This document shows positions 1-8,931 of a DNA stretch of 37,481 bases, piece by piece. Origin of the DNA: a virus (lineage: Duplodnaviria > Heunggongvirae > Uroviricota > Caudoviricetes); IMG/VR virus record IMGVR_UViG_2534681936_000021, positions 1 to 37,481 of that record; one strand, written 5' to 3'. How positions within the stretch are numbered: the stretch's first letter is position 1; each line of letters starts with the position of its first letter. Both the position numbers and the translations under genes were made by a program. The notes beneath the pieces were generated by a model, which was not told the DNA's origin, did no database searches, and worked only from the letters and a program-made list of their open reading frames with translations.

Positions 1-1005
1 TTAATCCCCCGTGGACACTGCGTGGACACTTACGCCACCTTTCAGCGGATTAAGGGCCACCGCATCCTGCAGGTAATCCGGTGCAAAATGCGCATATGCC
101 ATTGTTTGCTGAATGGTTGCGTGACCAAGAATCTTCTGAAGCGCAATAATGTTTCCTCCGTTCATCACAAAATGGCTGGCGAACGTATGCCGCAGCACAT
201 GTGCAGCCTGGCCTTTTGGTAAATCGGGCTTAACTCTTTTCAGCGCCAGGCAGAATTCCCGGTACTTCACCTCAAACAAGCTGCCTGTTTCTCTGGTTTT
301 GATCGCCTCACAAACTGCCTGCGAAATTGGCACTGTTCTCTTCCGGCCATTTTTGGTTTCAAGAAACGTTACACGGTTATGAACTATCTGTTCACCACGA
401 AGCTTACAAGCTTCACTCCAGCGCGCCCCTGTGCTTAAACACAAAAGCGCAACACGCCAGTAGTCGCCCTCCAGTGTATCGAGCAATAGCGCCACTTCCT
501 TCTGTGACAGGAACGCCATTTCTCGTGGAGATACATAAAGAATAGAAATTCCCCTTACTGGATGTTCTGCATCCCAAAGACCTATTTTTTTCAGCACGGT
601 AAACATTCCGGATAACCGATTCATGTACCTGTTAGCAGATGACGGTTTCAATCCTTCAGCTATCTTTTGAGAACGCCACGCGATAATTTTCAGCTTATCA
701 AGATCCACAGCCTGCATATCAGCGCCAAGCTCATTAATTATGTTGCGCAGTTGTTTTCGGTCTTCTTCCGCCTTACGCCTGTGCTGGCCGTGATACATCC
801 ACCACAACTCAAGCAAATCATTTAGCGTTCGACGATCACGGTAGCCCTGTATATATTCCCGCTTTTCAGCGTTCGCCATGATGTAGCGTTCAGTGGCCAC
901 CGCTACCGATTTTTTGTCAAATACCTTACGCACGCGCTTTCCCTTGCGTCCGTTCGGCCTGATGTCCAGCAAATAACGACCATCTTCGAGCTTCTTAATC
1001 GACAT
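1..1005 (-). CDS. int: tyrosine integrase, P2 Int-like
   Basis: Translation from the ATG at 1005 begins MSIKKLEDGRY...; C-terminal catalytic region HVLRHTFASHF...GH...Y resembles P2 Int as recalled. The track ORF starts at an upstream TTG (1020). Confidence 0.9.
   Translation of the reverse strand: MSIKKLEDGRYLLDIRPNGRKGKRVRKVFDKKSVAVATERYIMANAEKREYIQGYRDRRTLNDLLELWWMYHGQHRRKAEEDRKQLRNIINELGADMQAVDLDKLKIIAWRSQKIAEGLKPSSANRYMNRLSGMFTVLKKIGLWDAEHPVRGISILYVSPREMAFLSQKEVALLLDTLEGDYWRVALLCLSTGARWSEACKLRGEQIVHNRVTFLETKNGRKRTVPISQAVCEAIKTRETGSLFEVKYREFCLALKRVKPDLPKGQAAHVLRHTFASHFVMNGGNIIALQKILGHATIQQTMAYAHFAPDYLQDAVALNPLKGGVSVHAVSTGD
10..29. repeat. candidate attL core (tandem cgtggacac units) inside the int 3' end
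   Basis: cgtggacactgcgtggacac matches 36300-36319 at 17 of 20 positions in direct orientation. Confidence 0.35.
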
Positions 1006-1101
1006 TACGAAGCCCTCCAATGAACCGCTCTACAATTTCTCCAGCCTCTTTCCAGCAATAATCAGACCAGACAAAAAGCAGGTCTAACCAGTTTTCTGGC
1101 C

Positions 1102-1422
1102 TCAGCGGGATAATTTTTGGATTGTTTCGGTTGAAACGCGATCTCCCTCCGAATTGCAGGAACCATCAAGAGAGAGAGCCGGAGAAATTTGCCCGACCTC
1201 CGGCATCGTTTCATCTGTTGATAACCAATAAGCATACTTCTTAAATTTAGGGTGTTTCGTAACCTTAAGTAAGGCACCCTCTGTTACTTGCTTCCCCCTC
1301 ACCTCATAGTTAGTTACCGTCCCATAAGGCAGCCCAACACAATCCGCAAACTCCTGGCGGGTCATACCTTCTGCTTCACGAATCAGGCGAAATTTTTCAC
1401 CCATGCTTGACAAAGATGCCAT
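1102..1422 (-). CDS. C: P2 C-type immunity repressor (start uncertain: ATG at 1422 or 1404)
   Basis: Segments GLPYGTVTNYE and EVGQISPAL resemble P2 C repressor as recalled; sits upstream of int on the same strand as in P2. Confidence 0.7.
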   Translation of the reverse strand: MASLSSMGEKFRLIREAEGMTRQEFADCVGLPYGTVTNYEVRGKQVTEGALLKVTKHPKFKKYAYWLSTDETMPEVGQISPALSLDGSCNSEGDRVSTETIQKLSR

Positions 1423-1476
1423 ATCGGGCACATCCTCCATCACAACATGCCACATCGGGCACAAACATAAAAACAC

Positions 1477-1535
1477 TCAAATAAGCCGATATAAGCCATT
1501 TTGAGCCATTCGAACGAATTAGGGAGATTACCACA
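1477..1535. promoter_or_regulatory. C/cox divergent promoter-operator region with direct repeats
   Basis: Repeated ataagcc and agccatt units between divergent C and cox starts; a P2-like lysis-lysogeny switch is expected here. Confidence 0.4.
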
Positions 1536-1823
1536 ATGAGCGAATCAGAGCTTGGGGGGTTCATTCAGGTAGCACCATATCCACTTGAAGCGGTGCCATA
1601 TCAACTATTCGCCAAGATGATCGGCCGCAAGGAATCCACAGTCAGAACCATGATTGACGCAGCAAAGCTACCGACAATTGACTTTGTGAAACCAGGTTCA
1701 GTAAAGACGCGTGCATCAGAAAACTGGGTATATCTGCCAGCATTTAACGAAGGCATGCGCAAAGCGTTTTTTGAGCAACCGAAAGAACGCCGCGACGCAT
1801 GGTTGTTGTGGCTGGGACTTTAG
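1536..1823 (+). CDS. cox: Cox-like excisionase / switch regulator
   Basis: 95 aa; PYQLFAKMIG...WVYLPAFN...WLLWLGL resembles P2 Cox; RBS agggag 10 nt upstream; divergent from C. Confidence 0.8.
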   Translation: MSESELGGFIQVAPYPLEAVPYQLFAKMIGRKESTVRTMIDAAKLPTIDFVKPGSVKTRASENWVYLPAFNEGMRKAFFEQPKERRDAWLLWLGL

Positions 1824-1829
1824 TCATAA

Positions 1830-2036
1830 ATGACCAGCCATATCATCAGCGCCATTCTGACCCTTGTTTTTATTGAGATAGGCGTAATAGAGATCTATTT
1901 GTTTCGCAAGTTAACGGGACATGAAGAACGCTTTATTGAACTCAGCATTGAATATATCGCCGCTTATACCAAAGGACTTTTCCCGGCAGCTATTGGGGCG
2001 ATGTTTATAGCGTTTGTTATCTGGTTTATCGGGTGA
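1830..2036 (+). CDS. small hydrophobic membrane protein (68 aa), unknown function
   Basis: ATG 7 nt after the cox stop; two predicted hydrophobic helices; lower GC than neighbours. Confidence 0.4.
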   Translation: MTSHIISAILTLVFIEIGVIEIYLFRKLTGHEERFIELSIEYIAAYTKGLFPAAIGAMFIAFVIWFIG

Positions 2037-2288
2037 GAAACCTGACAACCCACAACTACTGCAATGAGGGTAATTATGTGTGGCATGGACAAATTGGACC
2101 TTATGTTAATTGTAATACTATCAATTAACTTCGGTTACCTCTTAAGCGGCGCAATTCTCATGTGCGGAGGCAAACGAAAATGAACCAGCAGTCCGCAAAA
2201 CGTGAAAACAATGCGATGCGATTTAATCGCAAATATTTTGAGTTCGGCCTCTATGCCGGAATAATTAAATCTGTACAGAGTCTTTAAC

Positions 2289-2630
2289 ATGAAACAGCAA
2301 CGTAATTCACGCTTTCGCAATGGTGCAGAACGCCACGCTAACCGTTTTGCTACCAGTGCATCACGCAGCAACATCCGCTACAGCCTGAGTGATACACACG
2401 CAACGCCGGATGGCTACCCAGTAAAACAAATCGGCGAGCATGCCTGGCTGATTGAGAAAGCTGGAATCGTGATCCACAAATGCCCACGCAATCCGTTTAC
2501 CGGAAACCGCATTTTTGCTCTAAGCAGTGGCGACAATCAGTTCGGGCAGGATTTCACATTATACGAAGCACTTCGCACGGTTGATCGTCTGCTTCGCGGG
2601 CAAAGTTTTATTAAACAGGCTGATTTATAA
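2289..2630 (+). CDS. early-region hypothetical protein (113 aa)
   Basis: Clean ORF in the early rightward operon; no family recognised. Confidence 0.5.
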   Translation: MKQQRNSRFRNGAERHANRFATSASRSNIRYSLSDTHATPDGYPVKQIGEHAWLIEKAGIVIHKCPRNPFTGNRIFALSSGDNQFGQDFTLYEALRTVDRLLRGQSFIKQADL

Positions 2631-2640
2631 CAGGTGCTTT

Positions 2641-2928
2641 ATGACCAAAGACCATGCACAAGGTGTATTTATCCGTTTTATTGATTTTCGCGGTGAACTG
2701 TTATTACGTGCATCCGCTATTGACGGAGTGACTCCGGCGGGTAAAAACGGAGCCGACGAAGCCACTTACGTTTATCTGAACGGCACGCGACTGCTTCTGG
2801 AACTTCCGTACCAGACCGTACGAGAAATCATTAGCGAAGCTGAAAAGGCACGCCAGGCTAATGGCGATGAACCCTATATCGAAATTATTTGTATGGATTC
2901 AGAAGCTGAAATACAGAAAGCAGATTAA
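2641..2928 (+). CDS. early-region hypothetical protein (95 aa from the ATG at 2641)
   Basis: In-frame ATG at 2641 just after the upstream stop; the track ORF begins earlier at 2527 but overlaps the previous gene. Confidence 0.5.
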   Translation: MTKDHAQGVFIRFIDFRGELLLRASAIDGVTPAGKNGADEATYVYLNGTRLLLELPYQTVREIISEAEKARQANGDEPYIEIICMDSEAEIQKAD

Positions 2929-2936
2929 AGGGCGTT

Positions 2937-3182
2937 GTGATGGGCAAAGAATATAAAACTCTCATTAACAAAGCACTTGAGCGTTTTTATTTTCGCTTAA
3001 GTGCATCAGGCGCTCATGCTGAACGTGCGGCCCGTGACTCATTGACCAGAGCAATCCGAAGTCTGTATGACGTGGCTTTTTACGCTGATGATCTGGATGC
3101 ACTTAACGAACTTTCCGAGCTGATCTGTGCCGCAGAATGCGGGGAACATATTGAACCGTATAAGCTGGGGAATATCGCATGA
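2937..3182 (+). CDS. early-region hypothetical protein (about 80 aa)
   Basis: GTG-ATG start at 2937/2940 directly after the upstream stop. Confidence 0.45.
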   Translation: MMGKEYKTLINKALERFYFRLSASGAHAERAARDSLTRAIRSLYDVAFYADDLDALNELSELICAAECGEHIEPYKLGNIA

Positions 3183-3292
3183 GTATATTTATCTCATGGC
3201 TTGTTCTGATTATTTCGGTGGCCTGCGCTATTGGGATTATGCGAATTATTCATTCAATAAAAAAGATTGAACGTTTTTTCACTGGCGAATAA
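3179..3292 (+). CDS. possible 37-aa hydrophobic peptide (MSIFISWLVLIISVACAIGIM...), below the ORF-track size cutoff
   Basis: ATGA start/stop overlap with the upstream ORF; single predicted transmembrane helix. Confidence 0.3.
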   Translation: MSIFISWLVLIISVACAIGIMRIIHSIKKIERFFTGE

Positions 3293-3378
3293 CAGAGCAA
3301 ATAAAACCACAGATAAAATAAGAAAATGTAAAAACAATCCGCATTAGCGGAGGTATTCGCACACGCCAAGGAGGCGTA

Positions 3379-3582
3379 ATGGCAATTAAGCATTTTCCTG
3401 TCGTTCGTTTTACCTCCAGAGGGCGTGAATACGAAGTCGACGAACGCCTGATTACCACAATCGACAAACACCGTTCGGAAAAGGATGCACACCACATCTA
3501 CCTCACTGACGGCACTTACTTCTGCGCCACCAACGTGGCGCGGGTGAATCTTATCCGACAGGTACAGGAGCCACGCAGATGA
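3379..3582 (+). CDS. early-region hypothetical protein (67 aa)
   Basis: RBS aaggagg upstream; stop overlaps the next start (ATGA). Confidence 0.45.
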   Translation: MAIKHFPVVRFTSRGREYEVDERLITTIDKHRSEKDAHHIYLTDGTYFCATNVARVNLIRQVQEPRR

Positions 3583-3845
3583 CCATTCTGGACTACATCG
3601 CTACCCATCCGGGTTGTAGCGGCGGAGAAATCGCCGCAGCACTGAATACCCCAACCACAGCCATCAATGCTGAGTTACGCCGACTCTGGCGCGGCGGCTT
3701 AGTCATCAGAACAAACCGCAGCACAGGTGGTCGCGCTCGCAAAGCAGGAGGCCAAGCTTCTTACCACGTAAACCCGATGCCGTTCGGGTGTAGCAATCCA
3801 CTTACTCACATGTTTAACCAGCTACTGAAGGAAACCAGAGCATGA
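3579..3845 (+). CDS. early-region protein, possible winged-helix DNA-binding fold (88 aa)
   Basis: Translationally coupled to both neighbours; the N-terminal 60 aa read as a small helix-turn-helix/winged-helix pattern (inference only). Confidence 0.4.
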   Translation: MTILDYIATHPGCSGGEIAAALNTPTTAINAELRRLWRGGLVIRTNRSTGGRARKAGGQASYHVNPMPFGCSNPLTHMFNQLLKETRA

Positions 3846-4141
3846 GCACCATCAATCACCAGAAGCTACGCGAACTGGCATTTGCCCTGCAACGAATGGC
3901 AACGCCTCAAAAATTACTGGTATTTCGCGCAATGCTCTCGCCGTCTGCTGTGCTGGCACTGCTGGATGAGCTGGAGCACGCCAGAACCACGGCTCCTGCC
4001 ATTCGCCTGACGCTCCATCATGAAATCGCTGATTTCTGCGCGACGTTGAAGGCGCCAGGCGAACCGGAAACACCGGAAGTAATACAGCAAGAGCTGCTGC
4101 AACGCATTGACAAGGTTTTTGATTTTTTTCTGAACCAGTAA
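3842..4141 (+). CDS. early-region hypothetical protein (99 aa)
   Basis: ATGA overlap with the upstream gene. Confidence 0.45.
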   Translation: MSTINHQKLRELAFALQRMATPQKLLVFRAMLSPSAVLALLDELEHARTTAPAIRLTLHHEIADFCATLKAPGEPETPEVIQQELLQRIDKVFDFFLNQ

Positions 4142-4263
4142 GAAACCAGAACATGCACACACAAAAAAACCGCTTGCCATGCCGCAATCAGTCAGGTTAC
4201 ATTTCCGCTGCACCTCACAAAACGGGTGTCGGGTTTCGCAGCCTGCTGACTACACAAGCGCAC

Positions 4264-4284
4264 AACCGCGCCAGCGGTTTTTTT
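4264..4284 (+). terminator. intrinsic terminator-like hairpin (aaccgc-gcca-gcggtt followed by T7)
   Basis: 6-bp GC stem, 4-nt loop and a run of 7 T; lies within the non-coding stretch after the early ORFs. Confidence 0.5.
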
Positions 4285-4463
4285 GTGCGTACTGTATTGC
4301 CACGTTTTTTTCGCGTCAGAATTATGGCGGGGCGTACGGGGCCGACTTCGGTCGGGCCGGGTTCTTGTGTAGCCGGTACTGCGAACCTCGTACGTCTCGC
4401 CACCCACAGTTTCGCAGCTCTGGATGGTGAGTTTTCACAACTTACTACACAAGGGGCCACACC

Positions 4464-4640
4464 ATGGCAAACCGCAGACTTTCCCGCGCATCACGCGTCG
4501 CGCAAATCATGCACATCAATATGCTGCATGAGCGCAGCCACGCACTATCAAACATTTATTCCGCCTCTGTTTTCAGCTATCTGGCGGATGATCTGCGCGA
4601 GCTTCAACAGCTCATCCAGCAGCAAAACAAACTCCATTAA
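4464..4640 (+). CDS. possible 58-aa helical protein (MANRRLSRASRVAQIMHINMLHERSHAL...), below the ORF-track size cutoff
   Basis: ATG preceded by aagggg about 7 nt upstream; translation reads as amphipathic helix. Confidence 0.35.
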   Translation: MANRRLSRASRVAQIMHINMLHERSHALSNIYSASVFSYLADDLRELQQLIQQQNKLH

Positions 4641-4712
4641 TTCCTGTTCCGGGCCTTTCCTGCACCTTGCGGCGGGAGGCCTTCGCACATCTGTAACAAG
4701 AGGATTGCCGCA

Positions 4713-5078
4713 ATGATTCTCGCCAACGACTTTCTTGAATACCTGCTCAACACAGAACGTGATCTTGCCGCTCGCGTGCGTGATCGTTATGACATGTACC
4801 AGAAATCCCTGCCTGTACCGCAGCTCGCTGACGGAAAGATTGTTATTGATGGTCGCTACATGATTGACAGCCACGAGGGAAATTACAGGCTTTACCGCAT
4901 TGAAGGTGGCACCCCGTCCGTTATTGGCATTTACCAGCGCCCATCCTCTGCAATCGTCGATGTGATTGCCGACAGCATCCGCATCACACATCGCCATGCC
5001 GACACAGAAGACACCGTGCTGGAAATTCAGCGGCTGGCTGCCGTCTGCCGCGACACCCTGAATGGCATGACGAAGTAA
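4713..5078 (+). CDS. hypothetical protein preceding replication gene A (121 aa)
   Basis: RBS aagagga upstream; clean ORF ending 6 nt before the gene A start. Confidence 0.55.
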   Translation: MILANDFLEYLLNTERDLAARVRDRYDMYQKSLPVPQLADGKIVIDGRYMIDSHEGNYRLYRIEGGTPSVIGIYQRPSSAIVDVIADSIRITHRHADTEDTVLEIQRLAAVCRDTLNGMTK

Positions 5079-5084
5079 ATCACT

Positions 5085-7943
5085 ATGACGGCAGAGTACA
5101 TCAGGGACTGGCAACAACCGCGCCACGCAGTGGGGCGTGAAGGAACGGGGATCCCCGTTCCTGAATCCGCGCTTTCCTCCTGGCTGGATGCCTACCGGGC
5201 AGAGAACGAGCGCCGCCAGGAAATGGCTGATGCGGCGTTCTCCGCCACGCCGCTGAGCAACCTGATTAATAAAAGCCTGGACGCACAGGAAAAACAGGAC
5301 AAAACCATCACACTGGCAGGAGACGCCAGAAAACAGGCACGCGGCGCGGTGGATGAAGCCATGGCCTCGCTGCGCCTGCTGCCGTCCTATCTGCGCGATC
5401 CGCTTATTCGCCACCTCTCCTTCCTGCGCAAAAAACAGGAAGCCGATCGCCGGAAAGGCAAAAAGAGCTGGCAGGCTGAACGCTACGCGCGCGGAACCCT
5501 GCGCAAAATATTCGAACGTCTGGACCGCACCGACCACCGCTGGCTGACACCGGGTTATCGCTCCCTTGCCGGACGCGAACGCCTGGATGATTTGCTTTAC
5601 CTGCCGCAGCTCAACCAGCACCAGATACAGACGCTGGCCACCATGACGGCGGCGATGTTCAGCAGCACCTTCGAAAAACTCTGCGATGGCTTTGGCGCGA
5701 CCGATGGCGAACTGACCATGGATGTAACGCTGAAGGCGTATCAGATGCTGGCCCGCATGGCGTTACACCTGCACGCCATGCCGCCACATTACGAAGCTCT
5801 GAACAAGAGCGATCCGGATACGGAACTGTTACCGGGCGCAATCCTTCGCCTGACCTGTGCGGAATGGTGGAAACGCAAACTGTGGCTGTTACGTTGCGAG
5901 TGGCGGGAAGAACAACTCCGCGCCGCCTGTCTGGTTTCCAAAAAAACATCGCCCTATCTGAGCCAGGACGCGTTAAGCGAGTTTCGCGCACAGCGCGAGA
6001 AAACACGCGATTTCCTGAAAAGTTTCATGCTGGAAAACGAAGACGGGTTCACGATTGATCTCGAGACAGTGTATTACGCGGGAGTAAGTAACCCGGTTCA
6101 CCGTAAGGCAGAAATGATGGCCACCATGAAGGGGCTGGAACTTCTGGCCGAAGCCCGTGGCGACAAAGCGGTGTTTCTGACCATCACCTGCCCGTCAAAA
6201 TACCACGCCACAACAGAGAACGGTCATCCGAATCCCAAATGGAACGGGGCCACCATGCGCGACTCCAGCGATTACCTGGTTAACACGTTTTTTGCGGCGG
6301 TCCGCAAGAAACTGAACCGCGACGGCCTGCGCTGGTATGGCATCCGCACAGTGGAGCCTCACCATGACGGCACCGTGCACTGGCATATGATGGTCTTTGC
6401 TCATCCGGAAGAAATCGACACCATTGTGTCCCACACCCGCGATATTGCCATTCAGGAAGATCGTCACGAGCTGGGTGATGATATTACCCCACGCTTTAAG
6501 GCGGAGTACGTCGACGGCTCAAAAGGCACGCCAACCAGCTACATCGCCACCTACATCGGAAAGAACCTGGACAGCCGCGCCGTAGATGGCATCGACCCGA
6601 AAACGGGCAAGCCACGCGTTGACCACGAAACCGGAAAATCGATGGCCGAGAGCGTGGAACGCGCCATCGGCTGGGCGCGCCTTCACCGTGTCCGCCAGTT
6701 CCAGTTCTTTGGTATCCCCTCCCGTCAGGTGTGGCGTGAACTCCGCCGCCTTGCCAGCCAGATGGCACGCAACCCGGAAGGCCCGCAACGGCTGAAGGAT
6801 GACGCAATGGATGCGGTACTCGCTGCCGCTGATGCCGGATGTTTTGCCACCTACATAGAGAAACAGGGCGGCGTACTTGTTCCACGCAAAGACTACCTGA
6901 TTCGCACCGCCTACGACCTCGCAGATGAGCTGAACGATTACGGCGAACAGAGCGTACAGATTTACGGGATCTGGTCACCACTCATCGGGGAATCCTCCCG
7001 TGTGTGCACGCATCCGGATAACTGGAAGCTGGTAAGACGCAAACCGGAAGCGGAAGACAGCGCCCGCGAAAATGGTTTTGACCTTCAGGGCGCCCCTGCC
7101 GCCCCTTGGACTCGTGGCAATAACTGTCCCCGTATACAGGAAACGGGCAACAACGGGACAGAACAGCCGGAAGAACGGCCAGCACCGTGGCCGCAGCTTC
7201 CTGACGGCGTTGACGTGAATGAATGGATGCGCTCACTGAAACGGCACGAACACCGGGCGCTGATGCGTTCGCTGCGTGACAAACAGGCAAAAAACAGCAG
7301 TGATGAAATGCAGAACTGGACACAGAGCCGCAAACAGCCACAGCCTTTGCCTGATAACCACGAGTTACTCGCTAAAGAATGGCGGGAGTCTGCTGAATCT
7401 CTCGGCCTGCATATCGGTGAACAGCAGATGCAGCACCTGTTACGGGGCGGCAGTCTGTACGTTGACGGCAGCATCATTGCACCGCAGGGATTTGAAATTG
7501 TACGCAAACCGGATACCCGCCCGGACAGCCGAATCACGCAGCTCTGGCAACGCCTGAGCCGTAATCACGGCGTAAGCAGCACGGAGATCCGCCATAACCC
7601 GGTCGCCAGCTATCTGGAACAGCTGGGGGCATCAGACCCCGAAGCCGCCACACGCCTGGAATCCACACTTCAGCAGGACCAGAACACCATGAAAACCCCC
7701 GTTACCGTGCTTTCTGACATGCTGTGCGCCATCCGTGACGCAGAGCACGCACAGAGAATCAGTGAAACCACTGAACGCGCCCGCCGCAAAGCAGACCTGC
7801 TGCGGGGTAGCCTGACCAGTGGAAACAAAAAACAGACAGAAACGGGACTCACAAATCCCGTAAATGAGCAAAAACGTGCCGCGATATATGAAGCGCGCAC
7901 AAAACAGGCAAAAGCGGGATTTAAAAATCCTGTAACCGATTAA
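5085..7943 (+). CDS. A: replication initiation endonuclease, P2 gpA family (rolling-circle HUH nickase), 952 aa
   Basis: HUH-like motif EPHHDGTVHWHMMVF and tyrosine motif YIATYIGK in the translation; position after the early genes as in P2. Confidence 0.9.
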   Translation: MTAEYIRDWQQPRHAVGREGTGIPVPESALSSWLDAYRAENERRQEMADAAFSATPLSNLINKSLDAQEKQDKTITLAGDARKQARGAVDEAMASLRLLPSYLRDPLIRHLSFLRKKQEADRRKGKKSWQAERYARGTLRKIFERLDRTDHRWLTPGYRSLAGRERLDDLLYLPQLNQHQIQTLATMTAAMFSSTFEKLCDGFGATDGELTMDVTLKAYQMLARMALHLHAMPPHYEALNKSDPDTELLPGAILRLTCAEWWKRKLWLLRCEWREEQLRAACLVSKKTSPYLSQDALSEFRAQREKTRDFLKSFMLENEDGFTIDLETVYYAGVSNPVHRKAEMMATMKGLELLAEARGDKAVFLTITCPSKYHATTENGHPNPKWNGATMRDSSDYLVNTFFAAVRKKLNRDGLRWYGIRTVEPHHDGTVHWHMMVFAHPEEIDTIVSHTRDIAIQEDRHELGDDITPRFKAEYVDGSKGTPTSYIATYIGKNLDSRAVDGIDPKTGKPRVDHETGKSMAESVERAIGWARLHRVRQFQFFGIPSRQVWRELRRLASQMARNPEGPQRLKDDAMDAVLAAADAGCFATYIEKQGGVLVPRKDYLIRTAYDLADELNDYGEQSVQIYGIWSPLIGESSRVCTHPDNWKLVRRKPEAEDSARENGFDLQGAPAAPWTRGNNCPRIQETGNNGTEQPEERPAPWPQLPDGVDVNEWMRSLKRHEHRALMRSLRDKQAKNSSDEMQNWTQSRKQPQPLPDNHELLAKEWRESAESLGLHIGEQQMQHLLRGGSLYVDGSIIAPQGFEIVRKPDTRPDSRITQLWQRLSRNHGVSSTEIRHNPVASYLEQLGASDPEAATRLESTLQQDQNTMKTPVTVLSDMLCAIRDAEHAQRISETTERARRKADLLRGSLTSGNKKQTETGLTNPVNEQKRAAIYEARTKQAKAGFKNPVTD

Positions 7944-7967
7944 TTATTCAACATAAGGAAAAGCGAC

Positions 7968-8927
7968 ATGAAAATTTGTATCGATGACGGCTCCACCAAC
8001 ATCAAGCTGGCATGGACTGAGAACGGCGAACGCCGCAACGCCATCAGCCCAAACAGCTTCAAGTCGGAATGGTCTGCGCCGTTCGGTGGCACGCAGCCCG
8101 CGAACTACATGCTTGATGGCGTGCGCTATGGTTTTGATCCGGTCAGCGATCGCTTTGTCCAGACGACCGACACGCAATACCAGTACAGCGATGTGAATGT
8201 CATTGCTATTCATCACGCGCTGGTCAAATCAGGCATCACACCACAGGAAGTGGATGTGGTTGTCACCCTGCCACTGAGCGAATATTTCGACACAAACGCA
8301 CAGCCGGACATGGTCAACATCAACCGCAAAAAAGCGAACGTCATGCGCCCGGTGGAGTACCAGAACGGCGAAGCATTCACTATCCGTAACGTACGGGTTA
8401 TGCCTGAATCCATTCCGGCTGGCTTTAAAGCACTGGCTGACATGAGTCCGTTTGAATCCCTGCTGATTGTGGATTTGGGCGGAACCACGCTGGATGTGGC
8501 AAAGGTTCAGGGGCAACTGGCAGGTATCAGCCAGGTGTTTTGCGATCCACACGTAGGCGTTTCTCTGATGGCCGATGCCGTACTGTCGGTGATGGCCACT
8601 AACGGTATGCGCACCAGTCACCACATCGCCAATACCATTATCGAACGTCGCCATAATGAAGCCTGGCTGCGCCAGCACATCCACAATGACGCGCATTACG
8701 CCAGCCTGATGGCGGTTATTCGTGAAAAGGAAGAAACACTGAAACAACGCGTGATCCGCGCGCTGGCGGGTTTTTCGGGTTACGGGCGGGTGATGGTTGT
8801 CGGTGGAGGGGCGGAGATTGTGGCACCCGCTATCCGCGAAGCCTGCGGAGTTAATGCGACTTTCATCGCGGACGGGGTGCCACAGTTTGCTCTGGTTAAT
8901 GGGCTGTACGCAATGGACAAGGAGTAA
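7968..8927 (+). CDS. parM: ParM/StbA-family actin-like ATPase
   Basis: N-terminus MKICIDDGSTNIKLAW plus YSDVNVIAIHHAL, VMPESIPAGF, LIVDLGGTTLDV and VMVVGGGAE closely parallel plasmid R1 ParM as recalled. Confidence 0.85.
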   Translation: MKICIDDGSTNIKLAWTENGERRNAISPNSFKSEWSAPFGGTQPANYMLDGVRYGFDPVSDRFVQTTDTQYQYSDVNVIAIHHALVKSGITPQEVDVVVTLPLSEYFDTNAQPDMVNINRKKANVMRPVEYQNGEAFTIRNVRVMPESIPAGFKALADMSPFESLLIVDLGGTTLDVAKVQGQLAGISQVFCDPHVGVSLMADAVLSVMATNGMRTSHHIANTIIERRHNEAWLRQHIHNDAHYASLMAVIREKEETLKQRVIRALAGFSGYGRVMVVGGGAEIVAPAIREACGVNATFIADGVPQFALVNGLYAMDKE

Positions 8928-8931
8928 ACCA

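Noticed and set aside
4163-4284. Retron-like msr/msd (12-bp inverted repeats with A/T runs flanking about 100 bp of structured sequence)
   Set aside because: No reverse transcriptase ORF is adjacent; downstream genes are a 58-aa ORF, a hypothetical protein and the replication endonuclease. The T-run arm is better explained as an intrinsic terminator.
4320-4400. tRNA-like sequence (GC-rich, several hairpins)
   Set aside because: No cloverleaf with a paired acceptor stem, no conserved T-loop or D-loop features, and no proper 3' acceptor end.
4153-4716. 187-aa and 83-aa ORFs in the track covering the structured non-coding region
   Set aside because: Translations are Cys/Arg/Ser-rich with mutually overlapping frames and no RBS; typical of off-frame ORFs in GC-rich non-coding DNA.
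4548-5621. 357-aa minus-strand ORF
   Set aside because: It overlaps the well-supported gene A and the upstream 121-aa gene on the opposite strand and has no motifs; a shadow ORF.
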